Made by a program: the position numbers and the translations under genes. A DNA stretch of 64,000 nt from Woeseiaceae bacterium (GTDB lineage: Bacteria > Pseudomonadota > Gammaproteobacteria > Steroidobacterales > Woeseiaceae): the NCBI GenBank assembly GCA_051007995.1, contig JBPCYB010000079.1, positions 10,622 to 74,621 on the forward strand, read 5' to 3'. The notes below the pieces were generated by a model. That model saw only the letters and a list, made by a program, of their open reading frames with translations, did not search any database and had not been told where the DNA came from. Positions 63,837 through 64,000 of the stretch are shown one piece after another (positions within the stretch are counted from its first letter, which is position 1; the number at the start of each line of letters is the position of its first letter).

Positions 63837-64000
63837 AAATCGATTATTCCCTCGCTGATCAATTCGGCGTCGCCAGTCAGCCAGACCGCGTCGCGTTGAC
63901 CGCGCCAGCTTACCACGAGTTGCCCGCCAGGCAGTCGTACGACGACCTCGTCGTCGAGCATCTTGCGGCGCTGCCCGGACACCACAGCCGCGCACGCGCC
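63833..64000 (-). CDS. dapF: diaminopimelate epimerase, C-terminal 55 codons (gene starts beyond window end)
   Basis: Hand translation ...GACAAVVSGQRRKMLDDEVVVRLPGGQLVVSWRGQRDAVWLTGDAELISEGIIDL* contains the second active-site Cys (GTGACA pattern). Confidence 0.85.
   Translation of the reverse strand, partial: GACAAVVSGQRRKMLDDEVVVRLPGGQLVVSWRGQRDAVWLTGDAELISEGIIDL

Overview
This is a densely packed 64-kb chromosomal segment from a Gram-negative bacterium. The conserved gene orders are gammaproteobacterial in type: ftsYEX-rpoH, rpmBG-mutM, radC/coaBC-dut, ubiE-ubiJ-ubiB, hslVU, dapF-DUF484-xerC. I support about 70 protein-coding genes and saw no rRNA, tRNA, CRISPR array, IS element or prophage by eye. 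Most of the window is housekeeping: pntAB transhydrogenase, gltBD glutamate synthase, hemH, priA, cell division, ubiquinone biosynthesis and ribosomal proteins.

The one clearly accessory locus lies at about 26.9-34.8 kb. It holds a complete 'proteobacterial dedicated sortase system': an OmpR-type response regulator and a large-periplasmic-domain histidine kinase, divergent from a VIT-VWA sortase target and a Cys-His-Arg sortase. The regulator/kinase pair is translationally coupled to four further genes that are not part of the curated four-gene definition as I remember it:
- an encapsulated-ferritin-like (EncFtn-like) ferroxidase with no encapsulin shell gene nearby and no room for a cargo-targeting tail
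- a 364-aa secreted protein with a His-His pair next to the signal-peptide cleavage site
- a MepA-like LAS murein endopeptidase
- a GFA-family Cys/Zn protein

This six-gene string is the most interesting thing in the window, together with the variant sorting signal and direct repeats in the divergent control region.

Minor oddities:
- a UbiB kinase lacking the C-terminal membrane anchor, followed by an MMPL-type transporter and an acyltransferase
- an ECF sigma factor with three uncharacterised coupled partners
- 5'-truncated fructosamine-kinase and DUF3465 genes
- an alanine/cation symporter with a roughly 100-aa insertion

All family assignments rest on motif recognition from translated ORFs and on memory of family signatures. 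No database search was run.
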